A stretch of 64,000 nt of DNA from Chiloscyllium plagiosum (GCF_004010195.1 NC_057718.1:91411145-91475144), one strand, 5' to 3'. Shown: positions 1 through 13,829, counted from the first letter of the stretch. Numbers and translations are program-made. The notes: generated from the sequence alone by a model not told the origin.

Positions 1-104
1 AGAACATAGAACATAGAAGAATACAGCGCAGTACAGGTCCTTCGGCCCTCGATGTTGCGCCGATCCAAGCCCACCTAACCTACACTAGCCCACTATCCTC
101 CATA
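1..104 (-). mobile_element. CR1-type LINE 3' end fragment
   Basis: Reverse-complemented CR1-like tail: (agaacat)n repeat followed by 'tacagcgcagtacaggtccttcggccc'; interrupted at ~105 by a Penelope-like insert. Confidence 0.6.
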
Positions 105-922
105 TTCTGGATTAGTGGTGCTGGAAGAGCACAGCAATTTAGGCAGCATCCGAGGACAGGCAAAATCGACGTTTCGAGGAGGGTGGGGGTGGGGAGAGAG
201 TAGCATAGAGTACAATAGGTAGGTGGGGAAGGAGATGAAGGTGATAGGTCAGGGAGGAGAGGGTGGAGTGGATAGGTGGAAAAGGAGATAGGCAGGTAGG
301 ACAAGTCCGGACAAGTCATGGGGACAGTGCTGAGCTGGAAGTTTGGAATTAGGATGAGGTGGGGGAAGGGGAAATGAGGAAGCTGTTGAAATCCACATTG
401 ATGCCCTGGGGTTGAAGTGTTCCGAGGTGGAAGATGAGGCGTTCTTCCTCCAGGCGTCTGGTGGTGAGGGAGCGGTGGTGGAGGAGGCCCAGCACCTCCA
501 TATCCTCGGCAGAGTGGGAGGGGGAGTTGAAATGTTGAGCCACTGGGAACACTTCAACCCCAGGGCATCAATGTGGATTTCAACAGTTTCCTCATTTCCC
601 GTTCCCCCACCTCATCCTAGCTTCTAACCTCCAGAAACTCGGTCCCCTGACCTGTCCGGACTTGTCCGACCTGCCCAGCTTCTTTTCCACCTATCCACTC
701 CACCCTCTCCTCCCTGACCTATCACGTTCATCTCCTTCCCCACTGACCTATTGTACTCTATGCTACTCTCTCCCCCCCCCCCCCCCCCCCTAGCTTATCT
801 CTCCACGCTTCAGGCTCTCTGCCTTTATTCCTGATGAAGGGCTTTTGCCCGAAACGTCGATTTTGCCTGTCCTCGGATGCTGCCTGAATTGCTGTGCTCT
901 TCCAGCACCACTGATCCAGAAT
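105..922. mobile_element. Fold-back Penelope-like element fragment (GIY-YIG endonuclease C-terminus plus pseudo-LTR)
   Basis: 105-177 is the reverse complement of 850-922, and ~180-428 of ~548-790. The minus ORF 349-552 reads PVAQHFNSPSHSAEDMEVLGLLH...RRLEEERLIFHLGTLQPQGIN, typical of a PLE endonuclease C-terminus. Hammerhead core at 831-858. Confidence 0.8.
831..858 (+). ncRNA. Minimal hammerhead ribozyme core (family A)
   Basis: CTGATGA-A-GGGC-TTTT-GCCC-GAAA-C-GTC: both catalytic boxes, a 4-bp stem II, palindromic ACGT in place of stem III, and a GUC cleavage triplet. Confidence 0.7.
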
Positions 923-1694
923 CCTGAAACACATTAAAGTCCATTGGATAAGACTATCCCTGGTTGGCAGTTCATGGCACAGATACATGCAGCTTTTCAT
1001 GAGGCACACCTTTGTACAGTGTTGTAAAACATAAACAATAAGGTGGACCTTGCCAGATGAATACACAATGCCACTGGTACTGTAACAGCTTAATATCATT
1101 ATGCTGTGCAATTCATATTGTCATGCCAAGTGGCAGACAAAACTCCTCTGTGGTATATATGCCTGTCGACACTGCAGAATATGAAAAAGGAGCCTCTACC
1201 ATTTTAGTTTTAAAAACAGGCACTGAGAAACAGGCTTAATTTTGTATTATTTGTAGTCATGGCAGATAGCAGGAAACCATGTGATATTGAAATAACATTT
1301 ACTAATCAAAAATAACATTCCACCAAACACGTATATCTGATCCTATTTAATAACACTAAAGACCACATACCTCACAATGTAAACGTGATCCATTAATTCT
1401 CATTACTTTCTGTGATCAATTTAGTTTTAGTTGCTGGGGAGTTTATTTGCCAATGCAATATTGACTTGGCTATATCATAAGAAGGAATGAACAAAGACCC
1501 AAAAGAAAAATTTAAACTTATATTTTGTCTTTCATGTCCCAAGGACTTCATACCAAATAACATATATTTCAAGTGATACATAGCCAAACATGGCAGTTAA
1601 TTTTCACACACTAAGGTACGTTCAACTAGAAAGTAGGAAGAAAATCAAATTAATCTTTTGTAATACTTGTTCAGGCAAATGTGGTTTAGATGGC

Positions 1695-2064
1695 TTTACT
1701 GTGTCCAGTTTTGGTCACACTGATAAAGGAAGGATATTATTAAATTGGTGAGGGTTCAGAAAAGGATAACCAGAATGTTGCTGGGACTGGAGGATTTGAG
1801 TTATAAGGACAGGCTGGATAGGCTGGGAGTTTTTTCATTAGAGTGTAGGAGGTTGAGGGGTGACCTTACAGAGGTTTATAAAATCATGAGGGGCATAGAT
1901 AAGGTGAAAAGAAAACACCAGAGGACATAGTAAATGGAGGTAAAGGTACAACATTTTTTTTTAAAATGACAGGTACATGAATAGGAAATGTTTAGAGGGA
2001 TATGGGCCAAACACTGGTGAGTGGGACTAGTTTAGTTTGGGATATTTAATCGGCATGGACACGT
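1695..2064 (+). mobile_element. CR1 LINE 3' fragment (RT C-terminus)
   Basis: RVQKRITRMLLGLEDLSYKDRLDRLGVFSLECRRLRGDLTEVYKIM is a CR1 ORF2 C-terminal motif. Confidence 0.85.
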
Positions 2065-2490
2065 TGGGATTGTATTCGTTGGAGTTTAGAAGATTAAGGG
2101 GAGACTTAATAGAGACGTACAAAATAATACATGGCTTGGAAAAGGTGGATGCTAGGAAATTGTTTCCTTTAGACGAGGAGACTAGGACCCGTGGACACAG
2201 CCTTAGAATTAGAGGGGGTCATTTCAGAACAGAAATGCGGAGACATTTCTTCAGCCAGAGAGTGGTGGGCCTGTGGAATTCATTGCCACGGAGTGCAGTG
2301 AAAGCCGGGACGCTAAATGTCTTCAAGGCCGAGATTAATAGATTCTTGTTGTCTAGAGGAATTAAGGGCTACGGGGAGAACGCTGGTAAGTGGAGCTGAA
2401 ATGCGCATCAGCCATGATTGAATGGCGGAGTGGACTCGATGGGCCGAATGGCCTTATTTGCACTCCTATGTCTTATGGTCTTATGGTCTT
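2065..2490 (+). mobile_element. Second, younger CR1 LINE 3' end adjoining or nested in the first
   Basis: LGLYSLEFRRLRGDLIETYKII...TRGHSLRIRGG...FFSQRVVGLWNSLP with stop at 2399; 3' UTR ends in (tcttatgg)n. Confidence 0.85.
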
Positions 2491-2589
2491 AAATGAAAGG
2501 ATAGCCCATTTGCCAACTCAATGGAGGACAAGGTACTGCTGCAGGGGACTCATATGAGGACCTTAACGGTCAGCACTCTCCTCTTCCTT

Positions 2590-3045
2590 GGATGGGTGCA
2601 GCTCCAACAACATTCAGGAAGCTTGACACAATCCAGGACAAATCCATCTGATTGATTAGTACCACATCACAAGCATTCAGTCACTCCATCAGCAATTCTC
2701 AGCAGCAGCTACAAGAACGCGCTGCAGAAATTCACCAAAGATCTTGAGAGTGTATCTTCTAAACCCACGACAATTCCATCCAGAAGGACAAGGGCAGCAG
2801 ATATATGGAAACCCCATTACCTGCAAATTCCCTTCCAAACCACTCTCCTGACTTGGAAATATATTGCCTTTCCTTCACTGTTACTGGGCATATATCATTG
2901 AACTCCCTTCCTAACTGCACTGTGTGTCTATCCTCAGCACGTGGACTGCAGCTCACCTCCACCTTCTCGAGGAAAACGAGGGATGAGCAATAAATGCTAG
3001 CTCAATCAGCAATGCTACATCGCACGAGTGAACTGATAAAAAAGA
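2590..3045 (+). mobile_element. Degenerate CR1/L2-group LINE 3' fragment
   Basis: Eroded 'KLDTIQDK'-type coding remnant, then a 3' UTR ending 'gagcaataaatgctag...gtgaactgataaaaaa'. Confidence 0.55.
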
Positions 3046-3836
3046 CCTATCCTGCCTTTGGCTGGCATCTCAGATAATGAGAATTAAGGTGGCTACATGT
3101 CAGGAATGCAACTGTGAACATTCTGCCACAAAATTAGCCACCTGCCCCCACTACTTTCCTGCCAAATGATCACGATAAGAATTAGTCTCTAATAGGATTA
3201 AAGCAAGAAGAGAAACAAAATCCATGAAACATAGAAACTGAACATCAGAACAAAAGTGAACATTCTGATGATTGTATTCAGACTTTAGAGCAGACTCCAG
3301 AGTAAAGAGTGGCTATAGGTAAGTCAATAGCTTTTAGATGAAAGTCATCAAAAGACAATAGGGCCTTGTTTGTTTGAACTCATGCAAAAGAAGTCAACAA
3401 GACATTGGGCTGAATTTTCCCACTCCTGATCTGCAGCATCACTAAATGCAACCAAGACAGCAGGCCAAATGTCTGCTGTATCTCACTTTGTTTTGTGGCA
3501 TGGCTTCTGCATGTCTTCAACCATGTCATTACTGGTTAGCCCTTGTTGCCCAGTAGCTTGACACAAATCCAGCTGGCACAGTGGAATGGAGGCATCAAGA
3601 TTGCCGTCAGGATATTTGGCATTGGTTTGCATGATTTACTGCCTAAGGTCACACAGCAGCCAGATATTGAGGGAGAGAAAACACTCAGTTCCAGTTTGTG
3701 GCAGATTTGACGCATGACCCTTGCGAAAATTTGTGTGTGGAATCAAAGGCACCTTGCACTTTGGAAAGCTTGCAGTTTGACCATGTATGTATCATGGGAG
3801 GAGGTTATACAATTCTGCAAGTATCTCCAATTCCTA

Positions 3837-5953
3837 CTTGGGTGGGCAAGGTAAGAAATCACACAACACCAACTTATAGATCAATGGGTATATTTGAAAA
3901 CACTAGCTTTTAGAGTGCTGCTCCTTCATCAGGTGCTAATGAGAGAGGAAGACCCTAGACACAGAATTTATAAGGAAAAGATCAAAGGCACATACAATTC
4001 ATGCAAACCAATTGAACATACCTAAGATGGCTCTTACATCTTTAATCATTTGGAATGGAGGTGGAAATTTTGATTGATTAATATGCAAATCCCAGAATTT
4101 CTGTCAAGTCACTGCCCTGAGATAAGTTAAGGTGTTATCAGTATAAAGGAGGTTACACCTCTGGTCAAAGAATGTATTTTATGTGTGACGTCTTGTTTGG
4201 AGTTTGTCTGTGTCCTAATCTGGAGTCAGACTGGTTTTATTTCCAAAGTAGGAGTTTATAAAATTTGAAAGAGTGTGTGCGAGTGTGAGGGAGTTTGTGC
4301 ATCTGAGAGAGAGTGTGTGTCCGTGTGTGTGTAAGAGATACTGTGTGTGTGCGTTTAAGAGAGAATGTGTGCAAGTGTGAGGGACTACAGGTGTATGCAT
4401 CTGAGAGAGTGTGCATGTGAGTGTGTATGTATGAGAGAAGGTCTGTATGTATGAGAGAAGGTACGTATGAGAGAATATGTGTGTGAGAGTGTATAGTGCT
4501 GTGGAGTCACTGTAGGGCAACATGAACCCAAAATCCCTGTTGAGGTCATCCTCATGGGTACCGAACGTGGCATCAGCCTCTGCTCGGCAATTCTGAGTTG
4601 TTGAGTATCCTGAAGTCCTGTCTGGTGATTGTCCGTGGTGTCCATTTATCCATGGTCATAGCATCTGCATCGTTTCACCAATAAACCATTCCTCAGGGCA
4701 TCCTTGCCTGCAACATATGCGATGTACAACGTTGGCCAAGTCATATGAGTAACTGCCGTGCATGTGGTGGGTCATGTCCCCATGTGTAATGGCAGAATCC
4801 ATGTCAATGCTCTGACATATCTTGCAGAGACTGCCCTGACATGGTTGTGTGGTGTTTTGGTCGATGTTGTCCTGAAGGCTGGGTATTTGCTGCGAATAAT
4901 GGTCTATTTAAGGTTTGGCGGTTATTTAAAGGCAAGTAGTGGATGTGTAGGAAGAATCTTGGTGAGGTATTCATCATCGTTGATAATGTGTTGCAGGCTG
5001 AGAAGAACATAGCGTAGTTTCTCTGCTCCCGGGAAGTAATCCTGAAGGGTACTCTATTGGTTTTATCCTGCATCTGTCTTCTAAGGAGGTCATTACGGTT
5101 TTTTGCTATGGCACATCAGAACTGGTGATCGTTGAGTTGAGCATCGTACCCCGTTCTTATGAAGGCCTCTTTAACACCTTCAAGTTTCTAACGCATCCTT
5201 CCTCATCTAAACAGATCCTATGTATGTGTAGGGCTTGTCCATAGGGGTTGGCTTTTCTAATATGTTTAGGGTGGAAGCTCAAGAAATGCAGCACTTGTAA
5301 GGTTATCTGTAAGTTTGTGATAGAGTGAGGTATTGAGTTGTCTGTCCTTGATGGAGGTGCGTGTGTCCAAGAATGAGATTGATTCCAAAGAATAGCCCAT
5401 GGTATGTCTGAGGGTGAGATTTTGTGAAATCTGTGGGGTGAATTTGCATATACAGATACATTCTATTTCATTCAAAAAGCACACAATTTGTAGACAGTCA
5501 GTCAATGTGGCATTTTATAAACTCCTACTTTGGAAATGAAACCAGTCTGACTCCAGGTTAAGCCACAGACAGACTCCAAACAAGATCTCAAACCTAAAAT
5601 ACATTGTCTGACCAGAGGTGTCTCCTCCTTTACGTTAATGACACCCTAAGTTATCTCGGGGCAATGACTTGAAAGAAATTCTGGGATTTGCATATTAATC
5701 AATCAAAGCCTGTACCTCCATTTTTACTGATCAAAGATTTAAGAGCCATCTTAGGTGTGTTCAATTCCTTCAAATGAGTTGTATGTCTCTTTGATCTTTT
5801 CCTTATAAATTCTGGATCTAAGGTCTTCCTCTGTCACTCTGACCTGATGAAAGAGCTGTGCTCCGAAAACCAATGTTTTCAAATAAATCCATTGGATGTG
5901 TCTTATGATTTTTGACCTTTTCCAACCCAGTCAACACCAGTACCTCCACATCA
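3837..5953 (-). mobile_element. Penelope-like retroelement with inverted pseudo-LTRs, RT C-terminus and GIY-YIG endonuclease remnants
   Basis: ~3837-4264 is an inverted copy of ~5512-5932. Between them, minus-strand remnants YSLESISFLDT...SLYHKLTD (RT thumb side), DKTNRVPF, and a Cys-rich/GET endonuclease region ending LQDTQQLRIAEQRL. Eroded hammerhead cores near 3906-3932 (-) and 5844-5870 (+). Confidence 0.8.
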
Positions 5954-8900
5954 TGTTTCAATGGAGTCAAACCTGTAAAATTTCATCACCACAGTCACTT
6001 TCACAAGCACAGGAGATTTAGTTCTTGTCTTGTTAATGTGGTCATATTTGTGAATGCAGCAGGTGTCAGATTTTCGTGATGTTACAAGCATAGAAACAAA
6101 GAAAGCAGGAAGAAGGGTAGGCCATTTGGCCCATTTAGCCTACTTCATTATTAGTATGATGGTAGCTGATCCTCTATCTTAATGGCGTAGTTGTGCTCTC
6201 TCTCCAAACCACTAGTCACCTTTAGTGCATTTTTCTCCTCAATGTACTAAATGATTTAGTCCCACAGCCTTATGTGGTGGATAATTCTGCAGCTTCACCT
6301 GTCAATTAAATTGAACAGTCCGGAGGAGTGAAAATACTCGATTTTTTTCACTCCTGAGATTAATCATAAAAGTATTCGAATTATTTTTAGGTGTGTGTTG
6401 TTTCAATTCAGTATTTAGTTGACCAATAATATAGCTTTTTTTGTATAAATAAGTTAGATAGATCTCTTGAATTAATCAAAGTAAGGAGTTAGTTTTATTA
6501 ATTACTTACTGAAGTAAAGTATAAAGCTTATTAAAAAGGTAAGAACTCAGTCTGTGGCATAGATATACAAGCAGAATACCAAGTTATAGGGAGGGGAGTT
6601 TAGGTTGGAACAAAGCTAAAGTCCGTAAGTAAAAGAATTATACATTCCCAAGATTCCTTTGGAGCTCTAGTGGTGTTATGGACAATGTTAGGTTGTTGTT
6701 CTTCTGGATGCAGTCTCTTTTAAACTGTACACTATTATAGAATGGGTAATATAGTTTTATTCTTAAACTCTCTAACTCTATGATTATTCCAACTTGTGAA
6801 AAGGACAGAGTCCAACTTCGAAAAGAACTATTGAGGGAGAGCTGATGTTACTCTTCCCTCCTACAGGCCTTCTTAATGTTACTACACTCTGTAATAAACA
6901 GACAAGCTTAATCATAGTTTTTCATAAGGGGGAAGTTTTGGTCATGGCACACAACTGAGGCCATGTTAAAAAAGGAGTTTCATTCTCTTGTTGTCAATGA
7001 TACGATGCCCCTGAAATTGTTCAGAAGTCTTCAGTAATCTTATGCACTGTCAGTTCTGATTGTTCCCTTTTGTCTCTGGTAGTTTCTACAGATGAGATGC
7101 TTGCTGCTTATTTCCTTAGGGTTTTGTCCAAAGAATGACAAATATTACATTCATAGGGAAACTGTCCATACAGTTTTCCTGTTAATCCACATAAGAGGTT
7201 TTTAGAAAACTTTGACATTTTAAAACAGTGTCCTTGCTCATTTAAAGGCTTTTTTTTCATATGGAAGTCCCAGAATTAAATAAATTGATGGAATTAAAGA
7301 TTAATAGTCCATATATTCCAACTCTGAGACAGTGAGGACATCCTTACTTACATTATAGCTCCATGAGCACTGTAGGAAGATGCGACTCTCCTTTCAATTC
7401 GCAGTCCCCACCCCAGTTCCAGCAGCCTCCCCTGCTCTGTATGATCTTTGCTCATTCTCCAAATATTCCAAAGATACTGCCTAGTAGTGCACCCATTTCT
7501 GGGAGCAACTAGAGTCATAGAGATAAACTACTTTGTGCAAAAAGCCTTAACGTCAGCAAGAATTTCTTCAGTACCTTTCACACTACTTCTGATAGACTTC
7601 TGCAACCTGAAACAACTAAAGAAAACATCGAACACTTGTAGCACTGTGACAGTCAGAAAAAAGAAACAACTGGCTACTAACCTGTGTCCCTTTAAAAATC
7701 ATTGGTACAATGTTAGATATTTTCTCATTAACCTGATGTACCTCTGAAGAAAATAGTTGTTGAACATGGGAAGTAGGAATACTACCACTGCACCACAAAA
7801 GCCCAACTAAGCCAGGCCTCATGTTAGATATTTTCTAACCAAACTGGTCAGATATACTGTGACATATTTATAGAGTAAGTGGGACCTGAACATAGGCCTC
7901 CTGGCTCAGAGGTACGGACACTACCATTGCAACATAGCAGCCCTCCAGGTGGGATGGTTTTGTTGCTGCTGAGACCATTTAGTTGTGAGAGTTAAAGATA
8001 GAATGGACTGCAGTGTGGAGCTCCAAACTGACATTGCAGGTGGGAAATCAGTATGGCTCACTGATTACTTTTATGATCTGCCAGTAAATGTTTTCTCTAC
8101 GCTTGTACTCAAATGACAGTTGACACAATTTGCCCCAACAATGTCCATGCACATCACATCTATCATTTTAGACCTCCAAGAGCATTCATGGTGAACACAC
8201 AACAGGCATTATTTAACTCAATTTCTCACATTACAGTTCTCTTCTTTGTGAGTATTTCCAACTTTGACAGTGTCATGGACCCATAAAAGTATGGGCTTTG
8301 ATTTTGCTCTTTTGGGAAAGGAACCAATTTTACTAACGTAAACGAAGCATACTTTCTTCCCTTGGACTTTTACTTGAGAACTTTCAAATCCAAAAATAGC
8401 ATTTTAAAACTAATACATGGACATTATTCTACCAAAGATGAGTACAAATGCACAAATAAAAATGACCTAAATAATAATCTATTTGGAATTTTACTGCAGT
8501 TGTAATCCAAAATAATTGAATAATCCTTAAATAAGTAAACTTTGACAATATTGGAGAAATATTTGAAATTCATCATTGGACAAAGCATTACCCTTGATTC
8601 CATATATAGACTGTATTATCTGACAGCAGTTCAAGTCTTTAAGTAGGAAAACTCCTCTTTCAATTCAATAGACTAGAATCTCTGATTAATGCAGATTATT
8701 TTGCTTCTAGGCTTGTGTGGAAGGCTCTGTGCCTTCTATAGCTGTGATGTTCATACCTGTAAAGAAGAAAGCTGGGATCAGCTGAAGCTTTCAGAATAGT
8801 GCAGTGGGCTGAATTTTCCCAGTCCCTGAACAATAGTGAGTCAGTTGGGAAAAATGGGATTCTTGAACAAACCAAAAAAAGTCAAATTTTCCACCCAAGG

Positions 8901-11900
8901 TTTGAATAACAAGATGAGAATTTTGCTATTAAATGGCAAGAAGGCCATTTGCATGTGTTAACATCTCAATATGACCTATCTCACTTCATTTATGTGTAAT
9001 TTGCGCTCTCTCACATGGAACATGGAAACTAGCTGGTGACAGTTCCTAATATGAAGGTCAGAGCAGGCTCGCCACTTATTCCTCCAGGCCTCTGTCTTGA
9101 CCAGCCATTCCCATTGCCTCATGACACAATCCATGAGCAGTAACCACTTGCATCATCCATTCACACAGGTTGGCATCAGATGTGCAGCAGTGTCACCATA
9201 TTATAATTGCACAACTCCAACTCACTTAGAATACAGTTACCCACAGTTGTATTGCATATAGGGTTAGGCCACTTTGCATATCGGGTCAGGCTGCCATCTC
9301 ATGGATTGGAGCAGAGTGCATCTCAGGGTTCTTAGCTTGCTGACTTAGTACTCTATGCCTATTTGGAATGCTCACAGCATTCCTCAATTGCCATACCTTG
9401 CCTTTTTTTGTGCATTACCATCACATTCAGGCGGCATGTCATCACATATGGATTGTCTTGGCTTTTACAATGGGTACAAAGCCAGGCAACTTCCATGGTA
9501 GCCAGCAGTGATGAGTCAAGCGGTGGTTATGTTGTTTTATGGCACTGTGCTATGTCATTGTCACACCTGCAGCATTTGCCAGCAAACACACTGAGTGTGC
9601 TTTGATCAAAGGCCATGTCCCAAAGTAGAAGAGGAGTAGTCCCCAGTCAAATCAAGGAGTTCTGTCATCAGTCCAGGACTTTAGATGCGGTCATTTGGGT
9701 GCTTTGGACAGTCCAGGTCCTGGGTTCCATGTCATTATAGCAATGAGCTACCATCATTTCCACAGAAAACCTGTTGTTCCAATTCAGTCAGGGTGTAGGA
9801 CACGGTTATTCCTAAACAATGATAAGGTGCTATGCCACACTGCTCATTAGGGAAAGAATAATACTAACATTGACAGGGTTCATAGTACGATACTCAGGAT
9901 GGACAACCTGTGTAGCTTTATTTTTGTAATTCCAGTTACTATGGCAGGCTTTCACACAGGTGATGTAAAGTACCAATGCATTTACTATTGTGAGCTTCAA
10001 TTTGCAATGATGTGTCACCTCTGCCATCTATATTCCCTCTGAAGCTTTCCTTCCCCCCACCCCCCACCTCCCCCATTACATTACATGCAATGTGAAACAT
10101 GATGGACTATTTGTGGCTGGCAGCAATTGCCCTGATGCACAATCGGGTTTTAAATATGACACTCATGACAGAAATCCTGGCAGGTCCCAGCCGTGGTGAG
10201 CAATTACTACAGGTGAGCACTAGATGGCATAATAGAATTCAGACCCACTCAAGGGACTTAATAATAGGGAGATCTTTGTTAAAACAATTTGAGGTTGAAT
10301 TTGGTTCAGCCTCCTGCCTATACTGCAATAACTGATTTGAGCTGACTCTTAATAATATCACTATTGGTTTCATAACCTGGAATTAAGGAAAAGAAAATCT
10401 AGGGTTGGTATTCATGCACCCCAGCTCAAAATGCAGGTGCTTGGATAGTCTATGGATGGTTTACGAGTATGTACTGCAGGCTTGATTTCTAACTCCTGTA
10501 TGGGAGAGGTGTGTACCAGAATGGACTCGGATTTTTGCTCCTTGCCACCACTAATTTGCACTGCTATATTTTAGTGTTAGAGAACTATTATTATACTATT
10601 TCATTGTAGGAACATGGACCATTCTGTTTAATTGTATTAATCTTGACACAGCAAATGTGTGTCTTCACTGCAGTGATATTAGCACAGCCCTGAGGATACA
10701 CAGAACAACTAACCTTTAATTAAATGTCAGATTTTTGTAAGTCAGAGCCACATTTGAGTGTCATGGGGTTCTGTTCCTCAGAGATTATGTTGCTTCTTTT
10801 TCTGTCAGCTGTACTAGACAATTTCTGACTGACATCCCTGTCATGCTAGTATTGATACTGCCGTTAATCTTTTCTGGATTTCATCACATTCGCAAGGATA
10901 ATGGCTGTGTGAAATAATGACAGAAAGTATATCAACAAGTTTGCACTTACATAGCACGATTCATATAAGCATTCCAAGACATTGCAGGAGTTAAACCAAC
11001 AAAAATAGTCACTGAGCCAAGCAAGGAGATGATGAGCTGGATTTTGATTTTTGGCTTGTGATCTTGTCATCGAGGTGATTTTCCTGTTCCATCCCTAATC
11101 CACACCATCACCTGACAATCAATGCCAGTTTCAAAGAGATGGCCAATTGTTAGCCAAGTGGTGCATTTACTATCCAGTTTGGGGCAGTGGGCATGGAAAG
11201 GAAACTGGGTTTGAGTGTGACAGGCCAATTTTAAATGTCAAATGGCATTTACCTTGGATTGGAAGAAAGATAAATCAATGGGAAGGCTCTCATGCAATGG
11301 CAGCCAGTAGTACCTTTGAAGGTGATGACTGCATTGTATTTGCAGAGTGTTGAATTTCCAGAGAGCAACATACAATGATCAGTGAACCAGGCAAATAGGC
11401 AAGGCCAGACTTGCCTCTTAAAGTGGATAGCTGCAGCATTGTCAGCCCATGTGGGTACAGTGTTGCAAGTGCTTTGGTGACCTTCTACGGGCTGGAATAC
11501 CCAAACAAAAGGCATCCAATTCTGTGTCACCAACACATCCAGAGGCTGAACAGCCTGAGGGCACATAGTGCCCTATAACATAGAAAATATTCATGCACTG
11601 AGCACTATTGAGCAATTGGAAAATTGCCCACCACAATCAAACGTGGAAGAAGGCTTCATGGTCTTGACACTCTCACACTTGATCTTGCAGGGAAAGTGAG
11701 CTTACAAGAGAAGAAAAGTGCTAATTTAAGCGGTGGAGTGTCCTATCAGGTTATTCCAATATCTATGGTTAAAGCTGCCAATGTGAGAGCACATCAGAAA
11801 ATTAGATATGGTGAACTGGGAGTTGTCAGTTCATGGCTGGTGAAGTGATCTTCCAATGTTCAGGTGATGACGATGGTGCTCTAGGTTCTTCAATTTCCTC

Positions 11901-13435
11901 CATGCCAATACATAACCTGTAATGGCTTGAAACAGCTATAGAAGCAGCTTCTGACAAACGGAAGTTTTCATTAACCCGCTTTTTATATTTACCACATGAT
12001 CATTTGTGGATGGGGAGTCAGCTCATGACAATGTGAAGTTATTGTCGTCTTCAACAGAGGAAGAAGCCAGCACCAGCACAAGTCAAGCATGTCCTCCACC
12101 AGCATATAGGCTCTCATGTCAGTGGGCCTCACACAGAGTTTATAACAGACAGCACAGGGTAATCAGCACTTCACTGAAGATGTGACAGAGGCAACGTAAC
12201 CGGTAAGCAGATCCTTCTCTAAAGATGAAGATCAGACAGCCATGCTCAGCTGGATGGAAATTCAGAGCCTCAGGAATCTGACACAAGGCAAGTCACCATG
12301 TAGCACTGGCAGGACACATGTGCTCAAATATTGGTGTTCCTAGAGAGAGGAAAGAATCGTGATTAGAGAACGGAAGAGTCCATCCATGAAATGTGCTCCG
12401 TGAAGGCATACAAGCCCATGAATCAATGCCACGTTTGCAACTTTTGCCTGGCCAGTGACAATGCTATTGTAAGGATAAATGGAGAGAATGCCAGATGCAC
12501 CCCTGGTGCCAGATACTTTTGGCATCCATGTAAGGGCTGAAGCAGTCAGCAAAGATGTTCAGGAATCCGATACTCCTGGGATCAGCCAGAAAGCCACAGC
12601 ATTACAGGGAGGTCCTGTGACCAAGGCTACCCTTATTTCAATGTAGATGGAGCATCCTGTGGCAGAGCCTCCATTGGTACCATATCAAGATTGAATGCCT
12701 TGGGTCTCTCAACTGCATGTACTTCACCCCATCAAAGCAGACATTTAATGATTAGATCCAAATTTGTGTCATTTGATAGCATGAAGGCACAAGAGGAACA
12801 AACTAGAGTAAATTTGTTGAAAGAGTATGTCAAGTGGAGTCTTGACTTCCAGGTAATGTGGGAAACAATGGAAACTTGTATATTGTGTGAATTTCAGGTG
12901 AAATCACTCCTTCTGGAAAAAGTAGGTTCTGTGCCAAACTCATCCCAGGATTAGGCATCCTCAGGAGAAAACATGCATCAATTTGTGTCTTCTTTGCCTC
13001 CCTTCCATCCTGGTCAATGTTTTGAGGTTTCAATTGAATCTGAGGAAGCCCTCCCAAGAATCTGCTTCACCAATATTTCCTCCACCTCTTTCTCCAAGCA
13101 AGTGTATGCTACTTGTTTATATCCCTTCCTTCGAAGTCCATGCCGTGCGGTGCTGTGTTAGGAGTGAAGTCCAGGCATAGAAGCAAATCCCACAGATCTC
13201 AATTCTGGTGGCCCAGTAAATGGTGAACTCAATGCAATCCAAAGCTGTGAGGTTGCAAGGTGTTAGTCAGGTCCATTACCATTCCTTTGAAAGGAACTAT
13301 CAACACCAATGCCACTTTATCAGCTACTGGCAAGGTGTGCACCAGCAAGAGGTGAAAAACAATGTGTTCTTCTACATGGACACAGAATTCTGCTGCTTTA
13401 ATAGGCCTGATGCTCCATCATGTCCAGAATACCCT

Positions 13436-13488
13436 AGTATACCCCATATTGACAGTATACCCCATATTGACTGTATACCCCATATTGA
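13436..13488. repeat. 18-bp tandem repeat, about 3 copies
   Basis: (agtataccccatattgac) x3 with single substitutions. Confidence 0.85.
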
Positions 13489-13829
13489 AAAGTATCACAT
13501 TTATGCCTTCCTTGTAGCTCTGTGTACCTTATAACCAGTGAACTGTATTTGCTATTGGAGCACCTGCTGTTCATTGCTATTCATCTCTAACTCAGAGTAG
13601 CTCTGCCCACTGTCCAGGAATGCTTTCCTTTTTACCAGAAGTGCTATAATAGCTAGCTGGGCCCCCACCTGTGCTCCACCAACCCCTGGATGTTCACTCC
13701 CCCAAATATCACAAGATTCAACAGACCAAACCAGCTACTCCAGACCAAACCTCTGCACACTCTATCATGGTTTGCCACTCCATGAAGATGTCTGATTCCT
13801 TACACTTTTAATAGATCACTGTTAAATAC

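Noticed and set aside
6300..7331. Possible ~1-kb solo LTR interrupting a CR1-like fragment
   Set aside because: TG...CA ends can be drawn, but there is no convincing TSD or second copy.
8800..13300. Possible highly eroded DNA-transposon or RTE-like remnants and many short ORFs
   Set aside because: No motif I could assign with confidence; needs a repeat library search.
13436..13488. CRISPR-like array
   Set aside because: Simple head-to-tail 18-bp tandem repeat with no spacers, in eukaryotic DNA.
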